From: Malacoraja senta
Lineage: Eukaryota
DNA: 64,000 nt
Direction: 5' to 3'
Assembly (NCBI GenBank): GCA_038087875.1
Contig: CM075985.1
Coordinates: forward strand, 25,296,001 to 25,360,000
Below are positions 1 through 12,100 of the stretch, piece by piece (the stretch's first letter is position 1; the number at the start of each line of letters is the position of its first letter). A program made the position numbers and the translations under genes. The notes below the pieces were generated by a model. The model made no database searches. It saw nothing but the letters and a program-made list of their open reading frames with translations, and was not told the origin of the DNA.

Positions 1-139
1 TATTTTCTTCGTGAGAAACTACATTTTTGGAATAAAGCAATTAACAAATATTCCTGAAGAGGGTGCTATATAGAGCTTCACTAAACAAAGCACAGTCCTA
101 AAGGAAAAGCTAACAAGATTGATAGATGATGTTACTAAC

Positions 140-181
140 CTGATGTAATGCTGGTGATGGTCTCTGTTGTTGGTGTCGTTT
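140..181 (-). CDS. Micro-exon type A, 42 nt, consensus ETTPTTETTTSITS (this copy ETTPTTETITSITS)
   Basis: Minus strand ttttttttcactag|AAACGACA...ACATCAG|gttagt. 18 copies starting (+ coordinate) at 140, 3866, 7601, 11327, 17491, 21215, 24925, 29519, 33247, 36960, 40655, 42969, 46682, 50377, 52691, 56404, 60117, 63812. Confidence 0.88.
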
Positions 182-3100
182 CTAGTGAAAAAAAAGAATG
201 CTGTATTCAAGTGGGGCAGCCAAGAGGAATTGGTACGCAGTTATAAAGCCATCAACAGGAATTCATGAGCTGGCATATTTTATGAAAACGTTTTACTAGT
301 TGTCACTTTCTTCATCAGTCAATAAAGCATGCGGCCATAAAATATGGCGGAATTGATTTTTCCTCGTCTTTGAGAAATTGCAGGTGATCAGGCATTTAGT
401 AAGATTGAGTTGGCACAGATGTGCAGCTGGTAGAGCTGCAGCCTCATAGTGTTAGAGATTTGTATTCTATCCTGACCTCGGTTGCTGTCTATGCTGGGAT
501 TGCACGTTGTCCTTTTCACTGCCTGTGATGCCCCAAGTTTTTAACAGAGGAATATACTGACCTGATGTTGTGGTGGTCCCAGATGTTGATGTAGTTGTTT
601 CTAGTGAAATAAAAAAAATGTTATGTTCCACTGAGACAAACAAGAGGAATTGTTATGCAGTTTAGAATCCTTCAACAGGAATTTATCAACTGGCACCTTT
701 TAATAAAACATTTTACACTCGATATTTCCTTATCAGTGAATAAAGCGTGCGGCCATACAATGCGGCTGCATTACTTTTTCCTTGTCAATCAGCAGCTGAA
801 TATTTCAGGGCCATCACAAACAATTTCAATTTCTTAATGTACCAACTTCAGATTTTGTGGAAGCTCAGCAAGTATTCCAAGAACTACTGATCAGAAATTT
901 AGAACATAAGGAGCGGTAAAGTGCCACAGCTGGTGCAACTCCTACCTCACAGCACCAGAGACTTCAGATTGATTTGTTCCATGGGTGTTGTGTGCATGGA
1001 GATTACATATACTCCCTGTTATGTGTGCCTTTCCTACAAGTGTCAGAAATATATTGTCACTAACCTGATGTAGTACTGGTAGTGGTCTCAGTTGATGATG
1101 TAGTTGTTGGTGTTTCTAGTGAAAGAAAATAATGCAATATTCAACCAAGACAGCCAAGAGGAATTGGTATACAGCTAACTATTGGTAGTCAGGAAACCAT
1201 CAGCAGGAATTCATATGCTGGCACACTTTATTAAAATGTTTAACAGATGGCATTTTTGTTCTTCATAAAATAAAATTGTAGGGCAAAACATACTTTTGAT
1301 CAATCAGCAGCTGTCTATTTCTGTGCCATCACAAATAATCCTAAGCTATCTATACACCAGTTCCGGATTTCCTGGAAGATCAACCGTCTTCCAAAGACCG
1401 CAAGGTCTACTTAATACCATAATTTCTAATAGTATGGAATGTGTGTACTATGGGTAAGCATGTCTGTTCATATGTCCCATTGATACACGATTCTCAACTT
1501 GCATAAAATGTGTTCATATTAATCATGGTTTTGTTTTTTGCTATGGAATGTCCGAAGAAATAGAGAAGCAGAAAACACCAACACATATCCTCCACAAATC
1601 TGAACTATTTTGAAATTGTGTCATAATTTGGTACAATTGTTATGAGCCAAACATTGACATCTTAACGTGTATATTTTCACAATTTATGCCAATAATGTGA
1701 GCAAAGATGCAAGAAGTAAGTCACAGAGCTGATGTTAGAAATGTTGTTTCATTGTCTTTGATTTGCCAATGTTTATGGAAAGTGGTTTGACTCACCTGTT
1801 GTGGAACTGGAGGTGGACTCAGTTGTACCAGTTGTCAAATATGTTGTTGGTGTTGTTCCTTGAGAGCAAATAGAAAAGCATTTACAAATTGAATTGCAAG
1901 AGTCACCAATCAATTTCAGTACGATACTGCACATTTTCCTGAGACTGGGCTGAATTTTAACAATGTTCATTGTTCGTGCCTAAGCAAAGGACATTTAGAA
2001 GTTAACCAAATTTTGCTTCGTCATTTATCAAGGACCGAAATTATGAAAAGACATTGTGATTTTTCAAAGAAAGTTCTGAACTCCTTTATTGATCCATTTT
2101 GGAAAAATCATTGAGCAGAAATAAAACTGTTTAACAGCGTTGCCATGACCAAAAACTCCCGGAATAGTGGAAGAGGCGAAGGGAAGAGACCTTTTCTATA
2201 AAAGTGAAAATCCTTATCCATGTCAACTGAAAAGTGCCAGCCTCAATGCTCTTTTTAAAATTATTTAGGCAACCAGCACCAAAAGGCCACCTTAATATGG
2301 TAGAGGCTTCTATATTTTCGTGGTGAGAAACTACATTTTTTGAATAAAGGAATGAACAAATATTCCTGAAGAGGGTGCTGTGTAGAACTTCACGAAACAA
2401 AGCACAGTCCTAAAGGAAAAGCTAACAAGATTGATAGATGATGTTACTAACCTGATGTAGTGCTGGTGGTGGTCTCAGTTGTTGGTGTCGTTTCTAGTGA
2501 AAGAAAGAATGCTGTATTCAAGTGGAGCAGCCAAGAGGAATTGGTACACGGTTATAAAGCCATCAACAGCAATTCATGAGCTGGCACATTTTATGAAAGT
2601 GTTTTAATATGTAGATTGGTTACTTCTTAAGAATATATGCAAAGATAAACTGCTCAGCAACAACAGACTGTGTCCCCCGCGGCCTCTCCACGGCGTTCAG
2701 CGCCCAGCTCGCCTATTTCACCACCTCAACTCGGTGGGTCTCCGGTGATGGCCCCGGTCACTTCCCCGGTCACTTCCTCGTCATTTCACCAGTGAATTGA
2801 ATAAAGCATGCGGCCATACTATACGGCTGCATTACTTTTTCCTTGTCAATCAGCAGCTGAATATTTCAGGGCCATCATAAACAATTTCAATTTCTTAATG
2901 TACCAACTTCAGATTTTGTGGAAGCTCAGCAAGTATTCTAAGAACTACTGATCAGAAATTTAGAACATAAGGAGCGGTAAAGTGCCACAGCTAGTGCAAC
3001 TCCAACCTCACAGCACCAGAGAATTCAGATTGATTTGTTCCACAGGTGTTGTGTGCATGGAGATTACATGTATTCCTGTTGTGTGTGCCTTTCCTACAAG

Positions 3101-6100
3101 TGTCAGAAATATATTGTCACTAACCTGATGTTGTACTGGTTGTGGTCTCAGTTGTTGATGTAGTTGTTGGTGTTTCTACTGAAAGAAAATAATGCAATAT
3201 TCAACCAAGGCAGCTAAGAGGAATTGGTATACACCTAACTATTGGTAGTCAGGAAACCATTAGCAGGAATTCATATGCTGGCACACTTTATTAAAATGTT
3301 TAACAGATGGCATTTTTGTTCTTCGTAGAATAAAATGGCAGGCCAAATTATATCTGATCAATCAGCAGCTGAATATTTCTGTGCCATCACAAATAAACCT
3401 GTTCTCTCTATATACCAGTTGCAGATTTCCTGGAAGATCAACCGTCTTCCAAATACCGCAAGGTCTACTTAATACCATATTTTCTAATACCATTATTCGT
3501 TGATCCATTTTTGAAAAATCTTTGAGCTGAAACAAAACTGTTTAACAGCGTTGCCATGACCAAAAACTCCCGGAATAGTGGAAGAGGCAAAGGGAAGAGA
3601 CCTTTTCTATAAAAGTGAAAATCCTTATCCATATCTACTGTAAGGTGCCAGACTCAATTCACTTTTTAAATTATTATTGCAGGCAATCAGCACCAAAAGG
3701 CCTCCTTAATTCGGTAGTTGTTTCTATATTTTCTTGGTGAGAAACTACATTTTTGGAATAAATCAATGAACAAATATTCCTGAAGAGGGTGCTATATAGA
3801 GCTTCACTAAACAAAGCACAGTCCTAAAGGAAAAGCTAACAAGATTGATAGATGATGTTACTAACCTGATGTAATGCTGGTGGTGGTCTCTGTTGTTGGT
3901 GTCGTTTCTAGTGAATAAAAAGAATGCTGTATTCAAGTGGGGCAGCCAAGAGGAATTGGTACGCAGTTATAAAGCCATCAACAGGAATTCATGAGCTGGC
4001 ATATTTTATGAAAACGTTTTACTAGTTGTCACTTTCTTCATCAGTCAATAAAGCATGCGGCCATACTATATGGCTGCATTGATTTTTCCTCGTCTTTCAG
4101 AAATTGCAGCTGATCAGGCATTTAGTAAGATTGAGTTGGCACAGATGTGCAGCTGGTACAGCTGCAGCCTCATAGTGTTAGAGATTAGTATTCTATCCTG
4201 ACCTCGGTTGCTGTCTATGCTGGGATTGCACGTTCTCCTTTTCACTGCCTGTGATCCCCCAAGTTTTTAACAGAGGATGATACTGACCTGATGTTGTGGT
4301 GGTCCCAGATGTTGATGTAGTTGTTTCTAGTGAAATAAAAAAAAATGTTATGTTCCACTGAGACAAACAAGAGGAATTGTTGTGCAGTTTAGAATCCTTC
4401 AACAGGAATTTATCAACTGGCACCTTTTAATAAAACATTTTACACTTGATATTTCCTTATCAGTGAATAAAGCGTGCGGCCATACAATGCGGCTGCATTA
4501 CTTTTTCCTTGTCAATCAGCAGCTGAATATGTCAGGGCCATCACAAACAATTTCAATTTCTTAATGTACCAACTTCAGATTTTGTGGAAGCTCAGCAAGT
4601 ATTCCAAGAACTACTGATCAGAAATTTAGAACATAAGGAGCGGTAAAGTGCCACAGCTGGTGCAACTCCTACCTCACAGCACCAGAGACTTCAGATTGAT
4701 TTGTTCCATGGGTGTGTGTGCATGGAGATTAAATGTACTCCTGTTATGTGTGCCTTTCCTACAAGTGTCAGAAATATATTGTCACTAACCTGATGTAGTA
4801 CTGGTAGTGGTCTCAGTTGATGATGTAGTTGTTGGTGTTTCTAGTGAAAGAAAATAATGCAATATTCAACCAAGACAGCCAAGAGGAATTGGTATACAGC
4901 TAACTATTGGTAGTCAGGAAACCATCAGCAGGAATTCATATGCTGGCACACTTTATTAAAATGTTTAACAGATGGCATTTTTGTTCTTCATAGAATAAAA
5001 TTGTAGGGCAAAACATACTTTTGATCAATCAGCAGCTGAATATTTCTGTGCCATCACAAATGATCCTGTGCTATCTATACACCAGTTGCGGATTTCCTGG
5101 AAGATCATCCGTCTTCCAAAGACCGCAAGGTCTACTTAATACCTTAATTTCTAATAGTATGGAATGTGTGTCCTATGGGTAAGCATGTCTGTTCATATGT
5201 CCCATTGATACACGATTCACAACTTGCATAAAATGTGTTCATATTAATCATGGTTTTGTTTTTTGCTACGGAATGTCGGAAGAAATAGAGAAGCAGAAAA
5301 CACCAACACGTATCCTCCACAAATCTGAACTATTTTGAAATTGTGTCATAATTTGGTACAATTGTTATGAGCCAAACATTGACATCCTAACGTGTATATT
5401 TGCACAATTTATGCCAATAATGTGAGCAAAGATGCAAGAAGTAAGTCACAGAGCTGATGTTAGAAATGTTGTTTCATTGTCTTTGATTTGCCAGTGTTTA
5501 TGGAAAGTGGTTTGACTCACCTGTTGTGGAACTGGAGGTGGACTCAGTTGTACCAGTTGTCAAAGATGTTGTTGGTGTTGTTCCTTGAGAGCAAATAGAA
5601 AAGCATTTACAAATTGAATTGCAAGAGTCACCAATCAATTTCAGTACGATACTGCACATTTTCCTGAGACTGGGCTGAATTTTAACAATGTTCATTGTTC
5701 GTGCCTGAGCAAAGGACATTTAGAAGTTAACCAAATTTTGCTTCGTCATTTATCAAGGACCGAAATTATTAAAAGACATTGTGATTTTTCAAAGAAAGTT
5801 CTGAACTCCTTTATTGATCAATTTTGGAAAAATCATTGAGCAGAAACAAAACTGTTTAACAGCGTTGCCATGATAAAAAACTCCCGGAATAGTGGAAGAG
5901 GCGAAGGGAAGAGACCTTTTCTATAAAAGTGAAAATCCTTATCCATGTCAACTGAAAAGGGCCAGCCTCAATGCTCTTTTTAAAATTATTTTGGCAACCA
6001 GGACCAAAAGGCCACCTTAATATGGTTGAGGCTTCTATATTTTCGTGGTGGGAAACTACATTTTTCGTATAAAGGAATGAACAAATATTCCTGAAGAGGG

Positions 6101-9100
6101 TGCTGTGTAGAACTTCACTAAACAAAGCACAGTCCTAAAGGAAAAGCTAACAAGATTGATAGATGATGTTACTAACCTGATGTAGTGCTGGTGGTGGTCT
6201 CAGTTGTTGGTGTCGTTTCTAGTGAAAGAAAGAATGCTGTATTCAAGTGGAGCAGCCAAGAGGAATTGGTACACAGTTATAAAGCCATCAACAGCAATTC
6301 ATGAGCTGGCACAATTTATGAAAGTGTTTTAATATGTAGATTGGTTACTTCTTAATAATATATGCAAAGATAAACTGCTCAGCAACAACAGACTGTGTCC
6401 CCCGCAGCCTCTCCACGGCGTTCAGCGCCCAGCTCGCCTATTTCACCACCTCAACTCGGTGGGTCTCCGGTGATGGCCCCGGTCAATTCCCCGGTCACTT
6501 CCCCGTCATTTCACCAGTGAATTGAATAAAGCATGCGGCCATACTATACGGCTGCATTACTTTTTCCTTGTCAATCAGCAGCTGAATATTTCAGGGCCAT
6601 CATAAAGTATAAAGAATTTCAATTTCTTAATGTACCAACTTCAGATTTTGTGGAAGCTCAGCAAGTATTCTAAGAACTACTGATCAGAAATTTAGAACAT
6701 AAGGAGCGGTAAAGTGCCACAGCTGGTGCAATTCCTACCTCACAGCACCAGAGAATTCAGATTGATTTGTTCCACAGGTGTTGTGTGCATGGAGATTACA
6801 TGTACTCCTGTTGTGTGTGCCTTTCCTACAAGTGTCAGAAATATATTGTCACTAACCTGATGTAGTACTGGTTGTGGTCTCAGTTGTTGATGTAGTTGTT
6901 GGTGTTTCTACTGAAAGAAAATAATGCAATATTCAACCAAGGCAGCCAAGAGGAATTGGTATACACCTAACTATTGGTAGTCAGGAAACCATCAGCAGGA
7001 ATTCATATGCTGGCACACTTTATTAAAATGTTTAACAGATGGCATTTTTGTTCTTCGTAAAATAAAATGGCAGGCCAAATTATATCTGATCAATCAGCAG
7101 CTGAATATGTCTGTGCCTTCACAAATAAACATGTTCTCACTATATACCAGTTGCAGATTTCCTGGAACATCAACCGTCTTCCAAATACCACAAGGTCTAC
7201 TTAATACCATATTTTCTAATACCATTATTCGTTGATTAACTTTAAAAAAAAAATCTTTGAGCTGAAACAAAACTGTTTAACAGCGTTGCCATGACCAAAA
7301 ACTCCCGGAATAGTGGAAGAGGCGAAGGGAAGAGACCTTTTCTATAAAAGTGAAAATCCTTATCCATATCTACTGTAAGGTGCCAGACTCAATTCACTTT
7401 TTAAATTATTATTGCAGGCAATCAGCACCAAAAGGCCTCCTTAATTCGGTAGTTGTTTCTATATTTTCTTGGTGAGAAACTACATTTTTGGAATAAAGCA
7501 ATGAACAAATATTCCTGAAGAGGGTGCTATATAGAGCTTCACTAAACAAAGCACAGTCCTAAAGGAAAAGCTAACAAGATTGATAGATGATGTTACTAAC
7601 CTGATGTAATGCTGGTGGTGGTCTCTGTTGTTGGTGTCGTTTCTAGTGAAAAAAAAGAATGCTGTATTCAAGTGGGGCAGCCAAGAGGAATTGGTACGCA
7701 GTTATAAAGCCCTCAACAGGAATTCATGAGCTGGCATATTTTATGAAAACGTTTTACTAGTTGTCACTTTCTTCATCAGTCAATAAAGCATGCGGCCATA
7801 CTATATGGCTGCATTGATTTTTTCCTCATCTTTCAGATATTGCAGCTGATCAGGCATTTAGTAAGATTGAGTTGGCACAGATGTGCAGCTGGTAGAGCTG
7901 CAGCCTCATAGTGTTAGAGATTTGTATTCTATCCTGACCTCGGTTGCTGTCTATGCTGGGATTGCACGTTCCCCTTTTCACTGCCTGTGATCCCCCAAGT
8001 TTTTAACAGAGGATGATACTGACCTGATGTTGTGGTGGTCCCAGATGTTGATGTAGTTGTTTCTAGTGAAATAAAAACATGTTACGTTCCACTGAGACAA
8101 ACAAGAGGAATTGTTATGCAGTTTAGAATCCTTCAACAGGAACTTATCAACTGGCACCTTTTAATAAAACATTTTACACTTGATATTTCCTTATCAGTGA
8201 ATAAAGCGTGCGGCCATACAATGCGGCTGCATTACTTTTTCCTTGTCAATCAGCAGCTGAATATGTCAGGGCCATCACAAACTATTTCAATTTCTTAATG
8301 TACCAACTTCAGATTTTGTGGAAGCTCAGCAAGTATTCCAAGAACTAATGATCAGAAATTTAGAACATAAGGAGCGGTAAAGTGCCACAGCTGGTGCAAC
8401 TCCTACCTCACAGCACCAGAGACTTCAGATTGATTTGTTCCATGGGTGTTGTGTGCATGGAGATTACATGTACTCCCTGTTATGTGTGCCTTTCCTACAA
8501 GTGTCAGAAATATATTGTCACTAACCTGATGTAGTACTGGTAGTGGTCTCAGTTGATGATGTAGTTGTTGGTGTTTCTAGTGAAAGAAAATAATGCAATA
8601 TGCAACCAAGACAGCCAAGAGGAATTGGTATACAGCTAACTATTGGTAGTCAGGAAACCATCAGCAGGAATTCATATGCTGGCACACTTTATTAAAATGT
8701 TTAACGGATGGCATTTTTGTTCTTCATAGAATAAAATTGGAGGGCAAAACATATTTTTGATCAATCAGCAGCTGAATATTTCTGTGCCATCACAAATAAT
8801 CCTGTGCTATCTATACACCAGTTGCGGATTTCCTGGAAGATCAACCATCTTCCAAAGACCGCAAGGTCTACTTAATACCATAATATCTAATAGTATGGAA
8901 TGTGTGCACTATGGGTAAGCATGTCTGTTCATATGTCCCATTGATACATGATTCTCAACTTGCATAAAATGTGTTCATATTAATCATGGTTTTGTTTTTA
9001 GCTACGGAATGTCCGAAGAAATAGAGAAGCAGAAAACACCAACACATATCCTCCACAAATCTGAACTATTTTGAAATTGTGTCATAATTTGGTACAATTG

Positions 9101-12100
9101 TTATGAGCCAAACATTGACATCTTAACGTGTATATTTGCACAATTTATGCCAATAACGTAAGCAAAGATGCAAGAAGTAAGTCACAGAGCTGATGTTAGA
9201 AATGTTGTTTCATTGTCTTTGATTTGCCAATGTTTATGGAAAGTGGTTTGACTCACCTGTTGTGGAACTGGAGGTGGACTCAGTTGTACCAGTTGTCAAA
9301 GATGTTGTTGGTGTTGTTCCTTGAGAGCAAATAGAAAAGCATTTACAAATTGAATTGCAAGAGTCACCAATCAATTTCAGTACGATACTGCACATTTTCC
9401 TGAGACTGGGCTGAATTTTAACAATGTTCATTGTTCGTGCCTAAGCAAAGGACATTTAGAAGTTCACCAAATTTTGCTTCGTCATTTATCAAGGACCGAA
9501 ATTATGAAAAGACATTGTGATTTTTCAAAGAAAGTTCAGAACTCCTTTATTGATCCATTTTGGAAAAATCATTGAGCAGAAACAAAACTGTTTAACAGCG
9601 TTGCCATGACCAAAAACTCCCGGAATAGTGGAAGAGGCAAAGGGAAGAGACCTTTTCTATAAAAGTGAAAATCCTTATCCATGTCAACTGAAAAGTGCCA
9701 GCCTCAATGCTCTTTTTAAAATTATTTAGGCAACCTGCACCAAAACGCCACTTTAATATGGTAGAGGCTTCTATATTTTCGTGGTGAGAAACTACATTTT
9801 TTGAATAAAGGAATGAACAAATATTCCTGAAGAGGGTGCTGTGTAGAACTTCACTAAACAAAGCACAGTCCTAAAGGAAAAGCTAACAAGATTGATAGAT
9901 GATGTTACTAACCTGATGTAGTGCTGGTGGTGGTCTCAGTTGTTGGTGTCGTTTCTAGTGAAAGAAAGAATGCTGTATTCAAGTGGAGCAGCCAAGAGGA
10001 ATTGGTACACAGTTATAAAGCCATGAACAGCAATTCATGAGCTGGCACATTTTATGAAAGTGTTTTAATATGTAGATTGGTTATTTCTTAATAATATATG
10101 CAAAGATAAACTGCTCAGCAACAACAGACTGTGTCCCCCGCGGCCTCTCCACGGCGTTCAGCGCCCAGCTCGCCTATTTCACCACCTCAACTCGGTGGGT
10201 CTCCGGTGATGGCCCCGGTCACTTCCCCGGTCACTTCCCCATCATTTCACCAGTGAATTGAATAAAGCATGCGGCCATACTATACGGCTGCATTACTTTT
10301 TCCTTGTCAATCAGCAGCTGAATATTTCAGGGCCATCATAAACAATTTCAATTTCTTAATGTACCAACTTCAGATTTTGTGGAAGCTCAGAAAGTATTCT
10401 AAGAACTACTGATCAGAAATTTAGAACATAAGGAGCGGTAAAGTGCCACAGCTGGTGCAACTCCTACCTCACAGCACCAGAGAATTCAGATTGATTTGTT
10501 CCACAGGTGTTGTGTGCATGGAGATTACATGTACTCCTGTTGTGTGTGCCTTTCCTACAAGTGTCTGAAATATATTGTCACTAACCTGATGTAGTACTGG
10601 TTGTGGTCTCAGTTGTTGATGTAGTTGTTGGTGTTTCTACTGAAAGAAAATAATGCAATATTGAACCAAGGCAGCCAAGAGGAATTGGTATACACCTAAC
10701 TATTGGTAGTCAGGAAACCATCAGCAGGAATTCATATGCTGGCACACTTTATTAAAATGTTTAACAGATGGCATTTTTGTTCTTCGTAGAATAAAATGGC
10801 AGGCCAAATTATATCTGATCAATCAGCAGCTGAATATTTCTGTGCCATCACAAATAAACCTGTTCTCTCTATATACCAGTTGCAGATTTCCTGGAAGATC
10901 AACCGTCTTCCAAATACCGCAAGGTCTACTTAATACCATATTTTCTAATACCATTATTCGTTGATTCATTTTTGAAAAATCTTTGAGCTGAAACAAAACT
11001 GTTTAACAGCGTTGCCATGACCAAAAACTCCCGGAATAGTGGAAGAGGCGAAGGGAAGAGACCTTTTCTATAAAAGTGAAAATCCTTATCCATATCTACT
11101 GTAAGGTGCCAGACTCAATTCACTTTTTAAATTATTATTGCAGGCAATCAGCACCAAAAGGCCTCCTTAATTCGGTAGTTGTTTCTATATTTTCTTGGTG
11201 AGAAACCACATTTTTGGAATAAAGCAATGAACAAATATTCCTGAAGAGGGTGCTATATAGAGCTTCACTAAACAAAGCACAGTCCTAAAGGAAAAGCTAA
11301 CAAGATTGATAGATGATGTTACTAACCTGATGTAATGCTGGTGGTGGTCTCTGTTGTTGGTGTCGTTTCTAGTGAAAAAAAAGAATGCTGTATTCAAGTG
11401 GGGCAGCCAAGAGGAATTGGTACGCAGTTATAAAGCCATCAACAGGAAATTCATGAGCTGGCATATTTTATGAAAACGTTTTACTAGTTGTCACTTTCTT
11501 CATCAGTCAATAAAGCATGCGGCCATACTATATGGCTGCATTGATTTTTCCTCGTCTTTCAGAAATTGCAGGCGATCAGGCATTTAGTAAGATTGAGTTG
11601 GCACAGATGTGCAGCTGGTAGAGCTGCAGCCTCATAGTGTTAGAGATTTGTATTCTATCCTGACCTCGGTTGCTGTCTATGCTGGGATTGCACGTTCTCC
11701 TTTTCACTGCCTGTGATCCCCCAAGTTTTTAACAGAGGATGATACTGACCTGATGTTGTGGTGGTCCCAGATGTTGATGTAGTTGTTTCTAGTGAAATAC
11801 AAACAAATGTTATGTTCCACTGAGACAAACAAGAGGAATTGTTATGCAGTTTAGAATCCTTCAACAGGAATTTATCAACTGGCACCTTTTAATAAAACAT
11901 TTTACACTTGATATTTCCTTATCAGTGAATAAAGCGTGCGGCCATACAATGCGGCTGCATTACTTTTTCCTTGTCAATCAGCAGCTGAATATGTCAGGGC
12001 CATCACAAACAATTTCAATTTCTTAATGTACCAACTTCAGATTTTGTGGAAGCTCAGCAAGTATTCCAAGAACTACTGATCAGGAATTTATAACATAAGG

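Noticed and set aside
19-210. 63-aa minus-strand ORF MNTAFFFF...
   Set aside because: Off-frame reading through the polypyrimidine tract and exon A; interrupted by a stop in the E-type copies.
410-520. Functional tRNA gene
   Set aside because: A and B boxes are degenerate, no cloverleaf is evident, and the sequence continues into SINE-like body.
655-837. Recurrent plus-strand 60/88-aa ORF (MQFRILQQ...)
   Set aside because: Antisense to exon B and its intron; its length depends on a variable poly-A tract; recurrence simply reflects the repeat.
1773-1970. Recurrent 65-aa minus-strand ORF (MNIVKIQ...GESNHFP) as a tandem small-protein gene
   Set aside because: Only the 21-aa Thr-rich core is bounded by AG/GT (exon D). 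The rest is intron read-through, and a stop appears just past the donor in four copies.
2131-2400. Recurrent 89/79-aa minus-strand ORF (MFSEVLH...)
   Set aside because: Lies wholly in the D-E intron, starts at a non-ATG codon, is broken in unit 7 and resembles no protein I recognise.
2668-2795. Pro/Ser-rich plus-strand reading (VSPAASPRRSAPSSPISPP...) as an extra exon
   Set aside because: Opposite strand to the gene and no convincing splice-site pair; expected by chance from GC-rich sequence.
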